Source: Marsupella aquatica (Eukaryota > Plantae > Marchantiophyta). Taken from it: DNA of 64,000 nt. This document shows, in pieces, positions 1 through 13,302 of this stretch (its first letter is position 1; each line of letters starts with the position of its first letter). Location: the NCBI GenBank assembly GCA_973895155.1, contig OZ316891.1, forward strand, positions 19,927,048-19,991,047. The letters are read 5' to 3'. Under the pieces are notes generated by a model, which did not search any database, was not told the origin of the DNA, and was given only the letters and a program-made list of their open reading frames with translations. The position numbers were made by a program, and so were the translations under genes.

Positions 1-534
1 ATAGAAAAGCAGATATGAACCTCATTTTCTTCATGTAAAGACGAATTCTGTGCGCGAAATACATGTGAGATCACAGAGTTGAAAAATTGAACATACAATT
101 TCTCGACGCTCAAGTGAAACAATCTCCTTCGCACCAGAAAACCTTGCCGGAACAACTTTGCAGATATCTGCTGCGTGAACATCCTTCACCTTCACGTATC
201 AGACGTATGACCGTCAGAGTCATGACATTCAATTGCCATCGTGAGAAGCTTCCAACAATTCAAAAACTGCAATAATGCTATCATGTTTCACGTGCCCTGC
301 TTCAGTTCCAGAAGCTTACTCGACTTGCAAAAACCTCCTGTAGGTAGAAAGTTATAACAACGCCCTCGAGCCACAATCCTCTGATACTACCTCTCGGCGG
401 CTCAGAAGTGTCTCATCATCGGATCAGGGAGGAATTCCAAAGAGCATGCCAGAAGAGAACCAATCCACCACTAAATTTGTATTAGTCTGGCGAGTACGTA
501 AGAAATGCAGAGGCAGAGTAGCTGTGCGTTTTAC

Positions 535-780
535 CTTGAAGGCGTGCATGAAGCAACGAAAGTCGATAGACCAAACAGTGAATAGGAAGGTGAGGATGTG
601 CACAAGAACCAAACATAAGAGTACGATTCCGGCATCTCCGATCTCCATCTGCGGCACCGCCATCACCAGCCATGCCAAATACATACCAACGAAGGGCCAA
701 ACATCTAGTCGCCAAGGCAGAGACCTCCATTTGTAGAGCTCTACCAATCTCACTATCTTGCTTTCCACCCGCACACCCAT
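535..780 (-). CDS. PDR2: P5A-type ATPase (PDR2/SPF1/ATP13A1 family), first coding exon; gene continues beyond the window start
   Basis: ATG at 780-778, 82 codons MGVRVESKIVRLVELYKWRSLPWRLDVWPFVGMY...HILTFLFTVWSIDFRCFMHAFK, then a GT donor (AAG|GTAA at 534-533). WRLDVWPF and LFTxWSxDFxCF are characteristic of the plant P5A-ATPase N-terminus. Confidence 0.88.
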
Positions 781-1111
781 ACTGACTAAAGACTTCAAAC
801 GCAATTCCTACGCCGTCGTCAATCCATCGAGTGGGAAGCTTGCCTCTCGTGAATGTGAGGAAGAACTACGACATGCGCTGCCGTAGTCCTAATGACACGG
901 CTTGGATGGGAAATCCTTGTTTTGCCTTCGAAGGAAAGGGCTCAGAGACTGAGGAATAATAGTCACAATCCTTCCGTTTGTTTTGCTTTTGGGGAAAGAA
1001 TTTTTCTACGAGTTCGTGAGGGCTCTAGGCGAACAATAGGTCATTCCTCAGTCTGTCTCTTTGTCTGCAATCCATCGCTCTTCTACCGCTCTTTCTTTTC
1101 TCAATCTACCG

Positions 1112-1537
1112 CTCTTTCTTTCCAAATGTCAGAAGCCCTGGCCGTTGGATTATGGTGACAACTTTTCCTGGCTGTTCGATTATTATGGTGATAGTTTTTC
1201 CACACCTTCCATGTCTACCTATGGCTCTTCCTTTCCAAATGTCAGGTGTCCTGGCCTTTGGATTGTGGCGATATTTTTTCCTGGCTGTTGGATTATGGTG
1301 ATAACTTTTCCATACCTTCCATGTCTACCTATGGCTCTTCCAGCCCTGGCCGTTGGATTGTGGTGATATTGTTTCCTGGCTGTTGGATTATTATGGTGAT
1401 AATTTTTCCACACCTTCCGTGTCTATATCTATGGCTCTTCCTTTCCAAATGTCAGGAGCCCTGACCGTTGGATTGTGGTGATATTTTTTCCTGGCTGTTG
1501 GATTATGGAGATAGTTTTTCCACACCTTCCATGTCTG
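1112..1537. repeat. Degenerate tandem repeat (~110-bp units, ~4 copies) upstream of the P5A-ATPase
   Basis: Recurring blocks CTTTCCAAATGTCAG, CCTGGCTGTTGGATTATGGTGATA and CACACCTTCCATGTCTACCTATGGCTCTTCC. Confidence 0.85.
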
Positions 1538-4500
1538 ACCTTTTTTTTATCTCCATCCAGCTTGCATCTTGAAATCCAATTGTCAGGCTGACTCACCCAC
1601 TTGTGGCAGGATTAAACTGCCTGATCATCTCACTAATGCTCCACAACATTTTTGCTCAGCATCACTTACCAACGACAATACCATGATGCAATACATGGAC
1701 ATGGGGCTTGTAACCAGTAACAAATGACCCCAGGGCGGCCGCACCGTTATTGTTATAGTTCTTTCTTGTACACTAGCCCAGTGTGTCACACAATTTTTTC
1801 AAGTGGAAGTGTTGCCAATTCGAAGTGAGGGTGGCCAGGTAGTCAGGCACTGTGGGTAGTAGTTGGACTGGCAATGGGATTTTGAAGAGTGTGCAAGTTG
1901 CGGGGAGTGATGAGTGGGGCATTGAAAAGGTGCACATTGGAGCCTTTAGGTGCATCTCACAGTTTGAAGAAAATGCTTCCATAATTTAAGGGCCAGGGAT
2001 TGCATATTATAGTGTTTAGATTACCAAGACTAAATTGACATGTGTGATAAGGCATAATGTTTGGGTGTGAGACTCACAAGAGTCCACAAGCTTAGGCTAA
2101 CTACAAACCATATCTGGTAAGTCATAAATAATGTCCGGATGTGAAAATATTCCACAGCATATACATCTACTAGATCAATGTACAATGGTTCACACTTAAA
2201 TACTCATGGAGTATCCTGAAACCCAAATAAGGGATTCATACTAACAAATGCATGTAGATTTGGAGTTTGCATTGAGGGGGTTCACTTAGAGTATTTACGG
2301 ACCCCCATTAGAGGTTCTTTCCAAAATTCCTGGCTCCACAGTGCGCCACATCATCATGGCACGCCACAAACAGGAAGGGACTTATTTTTGGATAACTTCT
2401 ACATTCGTGTTTGTGGCAACTTTGCTGTAAAAACTAGGACGCCATGCCGTAAAAAAAAATGTAAAAAAAATTGACATGCAAATCAAAAGATAAAAAGATT
2501 GAGGTAAAACTGCTCCTAGTAACGATTTTATTTCCATTTTGATTTTATTTCCATTTTGATTTTCCTGACAATAATTTTTGATTTGACATTGTTGAGTCGG
2601 ATCATAATGAAAACTCACTTATAATATGGTGTTGGAAAGATCTTGAAGAGACGGTCGTGATGAGCTCAATATTGTCACCATTTGATAAGAATTGAGTAAA
2701 TAATAGATTTTGTAATCTCCAATGTGAATAGAAATTTTGTAATCTCCCATGTGAATAGAAATTTTTGTTGTACAACCCCTGAAATGTTGACCCCTTCCAT
2801 GAGAATGAACCTAAAATTGATAGATTTTATCGAGTACTAAGGAGATTATGAATTTTAGAATTTCTTTAGTTGTTTAATGAACTTAACATTGATAGATTTG
2901 TTGAGTTATGAGGAGATTATAAGTTTCCAATGTTCTCTAACTTTCCAATGAGTGTGACATTGGGAGATTTTATCAAGTACTAAAGTGGTCATGAATTTCT
3001 AAATTTCTCTAGCTTTCGATCCATTCTGAATTCCACAATTGGAAATTTGTTTCCATAAATTGTTTTGTCTTAAACAATTATGCAAGTTTAGTGATTTGAT
3101 GACACCGATGACTTCTCTCTCTTTGTCTATCTGCATGTAGGAATCGAAAAGTGATTACTTTCGATGCAACCTGAATGCATCCAACATCCCTTCAATAACG
3201 TGGAGGAAACCGTCAAACACTGTTTTGCTGAAGTGGGCAATTAAGCTGCCCACACATTAAACAGTAATTCACATTGCAGCTTGTTTTGTGATTGATGTTA
3301 ATTATGGTTGTCTTGGTAAGTTTGACAATTGTTTCAAGTGTCAAACATTGACTTGTCCATTTTTGAAATTTGTTTCTTTAGATTTGGAGGTCCATCTAGG
3401 CTTCAGTTTCTAGATAAGTGCCTCTAAAATAACATGGGGGTCCACAGATGAATTTTTGGGATACCTTAACGACCTTTATAAAGAAAATATTCTTCTTACT
3501 GATGTTGAATAACATATTTAAGTTACATATATATTATTAGGCTTTTAAAATAACTTGGATATTCCTTTTTTGGGTCACACGTGGTTACTATGATTTTTGT
3601 AATCTATCCCACCCCCTGACTTTGCAATGGAGTCATTAACAAAATTTGGTCATTCACAATCTAGTATAGTAACTGGGCCTTTATCTACCAAATTTGAGTT
3701 ATAACTCAAACTATATTGGTGGACGTAGGCCATTAGTTTGCAGAAGCAAAGTGTGCACCATTTGTCATTGTAGAAAACAAATGACATTACCCTTTTCAAG
3801 CTTAAGCGGCATAAGTTAAATATTAGTTTTAACAATGGGCAATTTTCCCATCATGCTAGTGCTGTACTCATGAAAGTCAATACACTTCTTCCCCTGACAT
3901 AAGATTGAGCCACAATGTTGTAGAGATTGGAAAAATATGTCACAATGAACTAGTGGTGTTCAGGTTCCCAACCAGTAATTAGCATCTAAACTTTGTTAGT
4001 TAGGAGTTTAAACTTCATCAGTTTATTGTCAAAATATCATACAGACTTAACCATGGCTACCACACTGTTGTTGGTCTTGGGGGTCTCACTATATGGATGC
4101 CTCCCCATCACCTACAACGTTTTTAGGTCTCGGACCCCCTAAAATGTAAGGAAATTTTTTTATTTTTCAACCCCTATAAAGTTGGAATATTCCAAAAATT
4201 TGGTTATAAGGACCCTAATGTTCTTATAAGTCTCAAAATTATATTTAAAAGACCTTATTGTTCTTCTCAGAAAATTTGTAAGTTTTCCTTTTGAACCAAT
4301 AAAATGACCCTATATTTTGTCGCACATGATATGTCATTTTTGTGGAAGTGAAACCCCCGAGCTGTTGGTTCTCCTTTGATTGAAAGCACTTCTCTGCTCA
4401 GTGGCACTCTTCAAAGCACAGGCCCTCATCTGGGACTGACTCAAAGCCATCTCGAGGAATGCCTGGCCAGCAACTACTTTAGCAAGCTCTTTTTTGATTC

Positions 4501-5395
4501 CCCACCAGGCCATGAAAAATTTAACCCTGGGCTCCACACCTGCAAGACAGTGCCTCGCGTGAGCATGCACTAGAAGTGGCAAGTGGGGGCATGCAAGTAG
4601 TGGCTCCTGCCCAGTCTTGCCTAACTATGTGTGGACGACACTGATTGTCCAATGTCATTTGTGCAGAGATTACTTGTAAATGTTCACTTTTATCACAAAG
4701 AGCTTGTCTCTTTGCCACTGGTGGGGATCAGGTCCAAATGCAATCTCCCAAAGACAACCCAAGTGGAGATGCTCTCACATCAAGAGGTGACAGTCCAAAC
4801 AGACTACAAAATCAGAACTAGCATCACCAACAGAGATTCCACATGAAAATTTGTAGCCACAGTAATATGTTTACTGTATCAATCTTTGACTCTGGAATGA
4901 GATGCAACTTGCACCTCTGAATTGCTAGTAGGGAGCCCCAAGCTCCAATTTTGATGGTACTCCCAAGGCAAGGAATTTTACTAGATGATATAGAGTTATG
5001 GAATCTAGCCCAGTGAGGCATGGCTATGTGGTAGTTTGACTCATAGGTTTAGATTTCAAATGTTGTGACTGATTATTCCATTTTCATGGGGTTTCACAGA
5101 TTTCCCCTTAAATTTTTTTAATTTTGTTTTTAAAGTTATGGAATCCTAAATAGCTGACTGTTAAGTGACTTTTAGCTATGACGGTAAGCCATGCCTTATC
5201 AAATTAAAGCAAGCTATACTCTTTATCAGCAAACAAAATTTGCCAAACTCATGGAAAAAGTTACAGCCAAATAGAGTGGAATTATTGTGAAGCTTTGAAA
5301 CCCCCCTAGTAGCTAGTGCAACTCTCGAGCAGCTTACGGAGTGACTTATATGGCATATGTCATCCTGAATAAAAGTACCTGCCCAGCTGGATGAC

Positions 5396-5752
5396 AGCTT
5401 TGAAAAGAGCTACCCTTTTGTAAGCATGACCTGACCTTCTTCTTCTAGGATCGAGCTTTGAAAAGAGCTACCCTTATTACGCATGACCTGACCTTCTTCT
5501 TCTAGGATAGAGTTTCTGCTGATATTAGGGTACCATAGTTACTCTGACTCACTGAGTCATAAGTTTCGATGGGATCTAAATCCAAACCTTTGAACTCTGA
5601 TGGGATCCCACCCAATCACGAAGAACTCATAGATTGCTGATATTAGGGTACCATAGTTACTCTGACTCACTGAGTCATAAGTTTCGATGGGATCTAAATC
5701 CAAACCTTTGAACTCTGATGGGATCCCACCCAATCACGAAGAACTCATAGAT
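5396..5752. repeat. Two adjacent tandem duplications (58 bp x2 and 118 bp x2)
   Basis: AGCTTTGAAAAGAGCTACCC... starts at 5396 and 5454. An apparently exact 118-bp unit TGCTGATATTAGGGTACC...CTCATAGAT occupies 5517-5634 and 5635-5752. Confidence 0.92.
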
Positions 5753-6201
5753 CCTGGAAAACAATCTCCCCATATTCTTTGCTCTGGATCAAACCCTCGT
5801 TTCTCAACAAGTGCCCCTCTTTCGTTATGGAGAACCAACAGTGGTTTGATGGGCATGACTGGATCAGACCGACTATTTGGGTGAAATGTAACAGAAAACT
5901 CGGGCAATGGGAATAATGAATTGAAAGTCTGCTTGACAGGTGAAATATGTGATCACATAGATTCATCCTCTTGCATGCGCAAGCTCTCTCCTAACTGCAT
6001 AGTTTAATTGGTGGACACAATTCGTGCAACTCTAATTGCGCTCTCAACCATGATCTACCCCTCACCTTCCCTCAGCACTAGGACAAAGAAATCTTTGGAT
6101 GCATCACTTCTTTCCTGACTACAATCGCTCTCGCTGGATGGACACAACTTTACACTGAATGAAGACTCGTTAAGAAAAGATACGTTATCGAGTTAAAAGC
6201 A

Positions 6202-6420
6202 GAACTATCAAACCGAATTGTCCGGTTTCAAATCGATTTGTCAGTCGACATGCCGTGACCAGTTACTACATTAAATCAAAACTATCAAACCGAATTGTCC
6301 AGTAAAACTCCCAAATCGAATTGTCAGTCGACGTGCACTTGACCAGTTATCAAATTAAATTGTCCAGTCAAAGTTTTCAAATCGACTTGTCGGTCGACTT
6401 GCCTGCACCAGGTACCAATT
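6202..6420. repeat. Degenerate ~75-bp tandem repeat (3 copies) with a GTCGAC core
   Basis: AACTATCAAACCGAATTGTCC and AAATCGA(n)TTGTCAGTCGAC...ACCAGTTA recur. Confidence 0.7.
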
Positions 6421-7926
6421 AAATCTACATTTTCATATCGGACTGTCCGTCCACTTGCCTTGACCACTTGTTGTTCGTCTCAACTACGGCTGCGTCGAGA
6501 ACCATTGACGAGTGCAACGAGGGGAATCGAGAGTAAGAAGGACAGTAAGTACTCGGCTATTTTTTTGTTCTTTGAAGCACGCGCGTCCTCAGACAAACCA
6601 TCGACAGTGAAAAGGACCCATCAACAGGAGTCAAGGAAAAGGACAAGTTCCGTTCTGACCATGGTCATTAGAACCTTTACTAAACTAATCAAAATCCATA
6701 GACGGCCAACCAAAACCGGATGATTTTCCGGGCAACTGAAAGCCATCGCGCAAGTGCATGTGCCATTCAATCAACAATCTTAATTAATTGCTGTCACGGG
6801 CAAATCTTGCTGGCACCTTAGTTAACACCTAGGGCCAAACTAAGATGGGTGCCCAGACTAAATTGCGTAGGGGTGACATTAATTTTTCCGGGCTATCATC
6901 CATAAACGGGAGAAATTATGGCTGCATCAGCCGCTGGGCCACACTCCACTTCCTGAATTTGCCCACTAGTCCCTGGTCAGACGACACCCTATCCACGACT
7001 ACAGTTCACGCAAGTGCAACTCAGACCTTGCGAAACAACTGAAGTCAGAGTGCGGCCAATTCGAAGGTCTGAACAGCGACGTGTACCGAGCTTCCTCACT
7101 TAAGAATTCACACCACCCTCCGTAGACTAAATTTCAGGACAAGCCCTTCAAATTCGATTTCAATGCTTCTGATTGAAGTTCACTGGTCAACGGGTAGACT
7201 ACACTTCACGAAGAACACGTTTACGCGGGGTGGCACGCTGTTTGACGTAGCTCGATTCAAATTAACCTCGCATGGTATCGACGTGACTTTTCCGCCAACT
7301 TGGTACTCACGCAAACGACTGGGGTTTTCCAACCAAGACTCAATTAGGAGCCTTCCAACCACTGATAATTTTAGACGCTACATTGCAACTTATCGACAGA
7401 ATCATGGAGGTAAAAGCATATGAGCATTCTCAACACACACAGGCCCGTCTAGCTCGTACGACAACCCCTAAAACTGTCATCAAGAAGCAGTCTTTTGAAA
7501 ATGTCCTCGGGCAATTCTCAGCCAGAACAGAACACCCTCTTGACAGGGAGTAATTGTACTTCTAACCGACTTTCTACAAGGTTACAGCTGTAACACTCAC
7601 GTCTGTTTTCTTTGCAAACGCCAAAAAAATTCCTCATCTATCCAACGCTTTGGCAATGATTGTCAATCCCAGACAGGTGATTTTCATAATATACACAAAG
7701 CATTGCATATATTTATTCACAGCAAGGCATGCATAATCTTCTTCAACGAAGAAAACAACTGCTCCATAATATATGTTCAGTAGAAAAGCTACATGTCTCA
7801 ACATTAAAATTACAAACGTTCAATTCCGGGTATCTGCCACAGTAGTGCAGACTCTGGCCTTTTACTGTCTAAACATAGTGCTCATGTGAAGTATAACCTT
7901 GGCAGTCAAAACCGAGCCGTATCTGC

Positions 7927-10720
7927 TTAGAGAGGGGTCAATCCAACCACACCTGTATCGCCATCAAAACAGACGGCAACGTCAGTTTTGAGATGGTACA
8001 AGTGACATGCATTTAAAACAATCGAAATTGGAGACGAGTCCCACTCCAGTCCCAGCATTGGAACGTCTTCCCACCTACACTAAGGCAATTACCCCAGAAG
8101 AGTTGACAAAAATGCATACCAGGTGTCAATCGAACGACACCTAAAGTTTACTAGAATCCAGACTAGGTGTCAATCCAACGACACCTGCACCAAACAACCA
8201 GGTGTAGACCAGGTCGCCTGAGAAAACGAAATTATGATAGCCCAAAGTGCCTTTCTTGCAAGTTCATCATCTTCACAATCTCCTTACGAACGCTGAAGGG
8301 ACCGAAGTCCCGTTACGAGCACACAACCGTATCGGGAGACTCAACATGAACAAGTCGTGATGCAGTTAGACAACTAATCTTACCGCAAGCGAGTCGGCCT
8401 CCGGCATTGCCAGTTGTCGAGCTCAATTCGTGTCCACCCTTTCCAAGATCGTCAACAAGTTCGTGAACAACAAAAGCTCTTCCTATCACGGAATCGGGTC
8501 CAGAGAGCGGGATCTGAAAGAAGCAAATTCATATATCACAAACACAATTGCTGAAAGGTAGGGACTGAAAATTGTCCACGTCGATACCAACTTCGACGGT
8601 CACGACATGACGGTCACCTGATCCAGAACTACAAACACACTGAATTCAATTACATCCAAAGGCATTGGCCAATTATGGTTACCTGAGAGTCGGTAATGGT
8701 GGTCTCGACAGTTCCATCAGAGCCGGCTACAACATTTCCTAGATCACCTGCATGACGAGTCTCGTCTTCGGGAGCCCCATGGGTCAATCCCTTTGGATTG
8801 AAGTGGGGTCCTGGAGAACCCAGCTCAATCAGCAATGAAGGGAGAAGAAATGAACATCTACACGAATGCACGCAAGTCTGCACCACAGCGACGGTCCACG
8901 CGACGAGAAATCACGGGTGCTAAATGGCAGAAACATGCTAGTGGTTCAGTCCTTACCAGTGGAAATGCAGCCGTTGGTGGTGTCACCAAACTGGTGCTGT
9001 AGACACAAAAGGGTCATTGAAGCCATCAGTAAGCTAAACACTAGGCAATCTTGGCGCACGGCAGACGAATTGAATGACCAAACTCGAGCGAGGTCTCACC
9101 AAGTGAAATCCGTGCTTGCCGGGAGTTAGTCCTTGGAGCTTCACAGTGACCACAGTGGGGCCTGTTGATCACAGATACATCATAAACATCGGATCAGTTT
9201 AGGCACTAAAGATCCAGGGTATTATGTTGCTACATCCTCCAAGTACAGACGGGAGTCGACTGACCGACTTTGACTCTTTCCCTCTCGATATCTTCTTTCG
9301 AACTCAGATCATAATCCGACCAGATCCGAAACATTTCGTGCCTAGACTACTATTGGGCACGAATAATCCATGTTTCGAAAAGAGGCAGCTGACAATGGGG
9401 CCATGATTGCTCGGCAGAGCAGCTCCATGGACAAGGTGTCAGACTAAGCTTTAGGCCATGCGGCAAACTTTAGTCACAACGATGACTTGCTTGGGCATGA
9501 CTATCCCAGACATTGAACGGGACGCGAAGGAATTACAGAGGAGATTCGCGCAATTCGCCTGCGCAGCCCTGCGCGGAACTCCTCTGTAGTTCGTTCGGGT
9601 CACTAAAGAAGCTGCCAAGCCAGAAAATAGAGCGGGACACGTAGGAATTGCAGACGTGTTTCGCTTGACGTCACTAACGGAGGCACCCGCCCGCAAACAC
9701 TTAATGCCTCAATTACAGGATTAGATTCAATTTCCAAAGCTGAGGCTTCTAGATACTGACTTCATCAGAGATTGCTCGTTTCAGTTTACTGATATCGCCA
9801 CAACAAATAATAAGGCCACTGTCTGACAGAGCTCAAATGTTACTACCGGTTCGCCATTCCACACTGCGTGCAGCTCCACCACGGATACGCACCAGCTGAC
9901 TTGTGGCGGACCAAAGTTGCGGGCAAACAAGATATCAGAACGAGAGACTAGCCAGCTAGCACTCGCTGACAGTGTCCCGATACTGACGCGGAAACAGAGA
10001 TCTACCCATATCAGTATCATGACAACACTCCAACACTTACAACATGTCAATACTCTCCTCATCGACTGAGACTGCTCGAGTCCACCAACTCGGTACACCC
10101 CGAGAGTAACGAGGAGGCCGTCAGAGAAAGACACTCCAGGCATCTTCCATGAACCATAATGGTAGAGACACATCAGTCAAGTGAGTGGGTGGGAGTGTGG
10201 GACTGACGAGTCTCCACGGCCAGAACCTGGATGATTCCCGTCGACACCGGTGTCGACATTGACCCTCACTGCGCTAGTCCTACCGTATCAGCACCATGTC
10301 GACATGTCGACATTCACTCCGCAAACTCCACACCGAGATCCCCACTCAGACAGACCCATGTCGACACACCGAAAGGCCAAAAGCCTACTTCATGCCTCCA
10401 CACGACGACGTAATTTTCTTACCTCCATCCTCCTGCACGAGGGTCACAGTGCCGGCAACGGCCGACGTCCCCTTAAGAACAGCCACGGCCTTCTTCGTGA
10501 CCGCCATGATTTGCAGCGACGATGTTGGTCTCAATCTACACTGATCGGCCACGAGACTAACTCGAACCTTGGCACCTGCGAACGACGAGCGCAAACACAA
10601 TCTCCCGACCGATACGCTGCTGCTGCTCCTCTTCTGGTGAGCCGAAGTGGAGCCCTGGAGCACGGAGTCTTGCAATAAAGAAGAAGGAGACCTCGACAGT
10701 AAACTCTGGACGGCGGCCAT
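7927..10720 (-). CDS. CSD2: Chloroplast Cu/Zn superoxide dismutase, 6 exons, 227 aa
   Basis: Exons (minus): 10720-10423, 9161-9100, 8996-8957, 8810-8683, 8513-8384, 7952-7927. All are GT-AG and in phase (684 nt). A Ser-rich transit peptide precedes KKAVAVLKG..., [60 protein letters not shown]. Confidence 0.97.
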
Positions 10721-13302
10721 AGCTACCCTGTTGCTCCTTCTTCCTGTTACTCACAACGGTACTCCTCCTCCTCCTCTGCCTTCGCGTCGCTGCTCGTTCT
10801 GTTCTGTTCCGTTCCTTCCTTCTGTCCTACGCAGAGTATGATTCCTTCCACCACCTGCCCTTCCTAAGGAACTACCACCCCTCCACCGAACCCCTCCCAC
10901 GCCGCGGCCAACTCCCAAGGGGTGCTGAGTTGGAGGGTCCGGATTGGGCCCTTATCTTGACGATGGCATCTTTTGTGCCCCGTCGGCTTATCTTCCCGAC
11001 GGTGAGGCCCAAGGCCAAATGTTAATCCGACTTGGTTCCATATGACTGGCTGCTGAGGAGGGACCTAAGAGTTTCTGGTAGTGGACTGGTGGGCGTTGTT
11101 GGCTGGCAAGATAGCAGAGGGTTCAGCCAAGTCAGCTTTGAATAGGGTAATGAGGGTTTGGTCTCTGGTTAATAGCGCGTAACCCTGTGACCAGAAAATG
11201 AAGAGATGCTCACCGACGGCAGCCCATAAGTTTTTCTGAGCTATGTTGGAACAGGTTTTAGACTAGAATCTCAGCCCAAACAATCATTTTATTATCATAC
11301 ATAATACCTGTCTGGAAAAAAAATTACCCACGGGTAAGACTTTCCAGGCACAAGGTTATAGAAACAGTAGCGTCTAGTAAAAAATGTTACACACCGGTAA
11401 CCTTTCTTCCTCACATAAATTATGGTTGGTTTGCCAGAGTGCACATAGGGAATGGAGTGACCTCTTTTGTCACCTGGGTTTCAGCAATTTTTATGCGCTC
11501 TTTCCCTGGGTAATCACCTGGCCTCTTGCTGGCCCCCTCAAAGAAAAGAAAAAAACCTTTTGATTCACTAATGTAATTGATGGGTTCTAAGAGCACTGGT
11601 ATCTGGGCCCTGGGTTTGACAATTTTCACCCTTTAGTCTCTGTCAACCTAGGGAGAAACCAGAGTCGTTCTTGACTTCAGGTTAACCCTCAGAGTTTCAG
11701 TGGAGAGTAGATGAGAGGCCACACCTTCCACCCTGCTTCTTTGCCCTCAAATGAACGAGGGCTGATGAAATACTAGCCCAAGGCACGCCAGACCCCCTTG
11801 GGAATTGTCTTTTGATTCAAGATGGTACTGTGAAGTAGGGTGGAAGGGAACCTTTTAGAAAGTTTCCTCACTTGCTTTCTAACGTCAATTTTTGAATTCT
11901 TTTTCAATAGTCTTGCTCAATTCTAATCTTTATCTCAGGAGTACCAAGAGCCACCACTTGAACTCACATTCTTAGTTAATTTAGGTTTATAGTATGGTGT
12001 AATTTGGACAATGCACCAGTCAGATCAACTGACCCCACTTGATTGGATTCTTTCATGAATCAATTGAGTCAAAATAAGTGTGATCGACTTGTTGGCAGTG
12101 GAGCAGAAGAGGGGTGCAAATGGGGACACTATTGAGGGACAGTATGGTTAAAACAAAGTTCTGGGTGACATTCCATGATACCAAGCTTAATAGTTTTGCA
12201 ACCATGGCTTACATGAGACGCGGCATTGAGCACAGAACTTGTGAAAGTGGTATACTGTAATTTAAATTTACTGAGGTTTAGATTGCATGTAACTTGTCCG
12301 ATCGCTGCGCCATGCCTAATTGTTCCTTGCCTTTGCAAAAGTTGCAACTTACAATCCTCTATTGTAGTTGGTATTGTGGGGGTATTTTCTCATGGGAAAA
12401 TGAGATATTGTATACCAGACGCAGCAATCAGATAAGTTACCTGCAGTCTGAATTTGAGAGATTGTTTCACAGGAACTCAATGCTCGTCTGCATGGGAGAG
12501 GTCACCTCCCAAGTTGAATGACACCTCTTTCCAAGAAGTTTTGGCCTCTCATGGATGTTTTCACTGGTTTCCACATTTGTAACAACACCAATTGCATCCT
12601 CATCTAAGGGAGCTTCTCCCTTTATATTGCGTTTCCTGCTTTTTGATCATGTCTTCTGTATGGCCCATTTTGTGCGGGCATTGCTAGGCAAGCCATCGAC
12701 AAAACAGACTTTCTTGGCAACTTGCCATGGAATATGGTCCCTAGAAGCAGGTTCCATGGGTACTCCCTACTCCCAAGAACTGACTGGTAGTGCTCGGATA
12801 CAGAGTTTCGGAGTTTGGGGCTCAAAAGAATGGAGACCTTGTCTTGTTGGAAATCGATGGCCGCCGGATCCTTCAGGAGAAGCACGGGACAGTCTTTCAG
12901 AATGCCAGAGTCTGCTGTCCCGCAATCCGAGTGAACATTTAGTCAATGCCAAATTCATTTATTTGATGACGAGAAATACGAGGAGGCTGAAGTTGGTCGT
13001 TCGAAAGGATGTTGCGGAATCTGAGAAAGAGCATGGCGCAAATCATTGGAAACACTAGATTGGATGGGACATCTATTGGCTCTTCGAAACACCAGCCGTC
13101 TGGAAAAGAAGTGTCCGAAAATCAACTAGTTCCATCATCAATCGCAACACTTTAAGCAATCAAGAATGTGTTAAATTGACGAAATGTTCTGAATTGCTTC
13201 ACTATGGGCTCGACGAACTGATGCTGGAGTCTCAGATTAGTAGAGCTACTCCGCAGTGATACTGTAGCTGTGAGAGATACCGCACTTCTTCCCGGGACCG
13301 AC

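Noticed and set aside
8121-8186. ARF inverted-repeat AuxRE
   Set aside because: The TGTC-GACA spacing of 8 nt is shorter than the canonical IR7/IR8 geometry, and the hexamers are non-canonical.
8730-8752. miR398 target site in the CSD2 HAGDLGN codons
   Set aside because: TGCAGGTGATCTAGGAAATGTT has too many mismatches to the canonical complement.
12129-13058. ORFs between CSD2 and RlmH (also 4334-5021)
   Set aside because: No recognisable domains or consistent exon chain. They may be old TE debris but this cannot be supported.
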